DNA of 64,000 bases, taken from positions 186,001 through 250,000 of IMG/VR virus record IMGVR_UViG_3300046513_000221; one strand, written 5' to 3'. This document shows, one piece after another, positions 63,862 through 64,000 of the stretch (the first letter of the stretch is position 1; each line of letters opens with the position of its first letter). Below the pieces are notes generated by a model. The model was not told the origin of the DNA. It ran no database searches and worked only from the letters and a program-made list of their open reading frames with translations. The position numbers and the translations under genes are program-made.

Positions 63862-63874
63862 GCTATAATATATG
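63862..63874 (-). promoter_or_regulatory. Putative early promoter for nrdB-nrdA
   Basis: + strand GCTATAATATATG. Confidence 0.6.
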
Positions 63875-63892
63875 AATGATGAATTTGTTAAA

Positions 63893-63940
63893 TAAAAAAC
63901 CTCGGTAGTGGATTATTCTCCACTACCGAGTTTATTTTTC
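63893..63940. terminator. Bidirectional terminator
   Basis: CTCGGTAGTGGA / TCCACTACCGAG with A/T tracts. Confidence 0.85.
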
Positions 63941-64000
63941 TTACGCTACTGCCTTCAACTGGTCGAAGCAGCTCATGTGATACAGCTTTGCGACCACCTG
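63941..64000 (-). CDS. 3' end of a gene starting beyond the window (...QVVAKLYHMSCFDQLKAVA*)
   Basis: Open frame ending in TAA just before the terminator. Confidence 0.55.
   Translation of the reverse strand, partial: QVVAKLYHMSCFDQLKAVA

Noticed and set aside
1-64000. Nucleus-forming (chimallin/PhuZ) system, integrase, transposons, rRNA
   Set aside because: No such genes recognised in this window; absence here says nothing about the rest of the genome

Overview
This window is 64 kb of a lytic jumbo myophage genome of the phiKZ/AR9/phiR1-37 supergroup. It encodes its own split multisubunit RNA polymerases: non-virion beta'N (17422-18780), betaC (29580-31646) and a sigma-like promoter-specificity subunit (37804-39288), plus virion beta' (53734-55044) and betaC (55788-56609) pieces. 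Replication and recombination genes are a primase, RNase H, RecA/UvsX, an SF1 helicase and NrdAB. Morphogenesis genes include a GroEL-like chaperonin, baseplate/spike parts (gp5-like, PAAR, gp25-like, wedge), tail-fibre modules and a two-component spanin, which indicates a Gram-negative host. Coding regions are GC-rich with strong C/G third-position bias, producing many long antisense shadow ORFs. Intergenic regions are AT-rich, with bidirectional hairpin terminators. Main hunt results: (1) an AACA-N6-TA motif precedes about 14 mostly structural operons. It equals the AR9 late promoter, which needs template-strand uracil, and it co-occurs with a gp226-like subunit, an MBD4-type mismatch glycosylase and only degenerate dUTPase folds. 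Together these suggest a GC-rich uracil-DNA (or U-derived) jumbo phage of a Gram-negative host. (2) An operon contains an Acb2 anti-CBASS gene followed directly by a 76-nt tRNA-like RNA with alanine acceptor identity and a non-canonical anticodon arm. (3) A candidate -1 frameshift lies in the tail/baseplate chaperone pair. (4) An ADP-ribosyltransferase-fold protein has a putative prohead-protease propeptide. (5) A fibre-modification cassette combines Pro-rich repeat proteins, a 2OG-Fe(II) hydroxylase and two dUTPase-fold paralogs. All family assignments come from motif recognition by eye; no database search was run.
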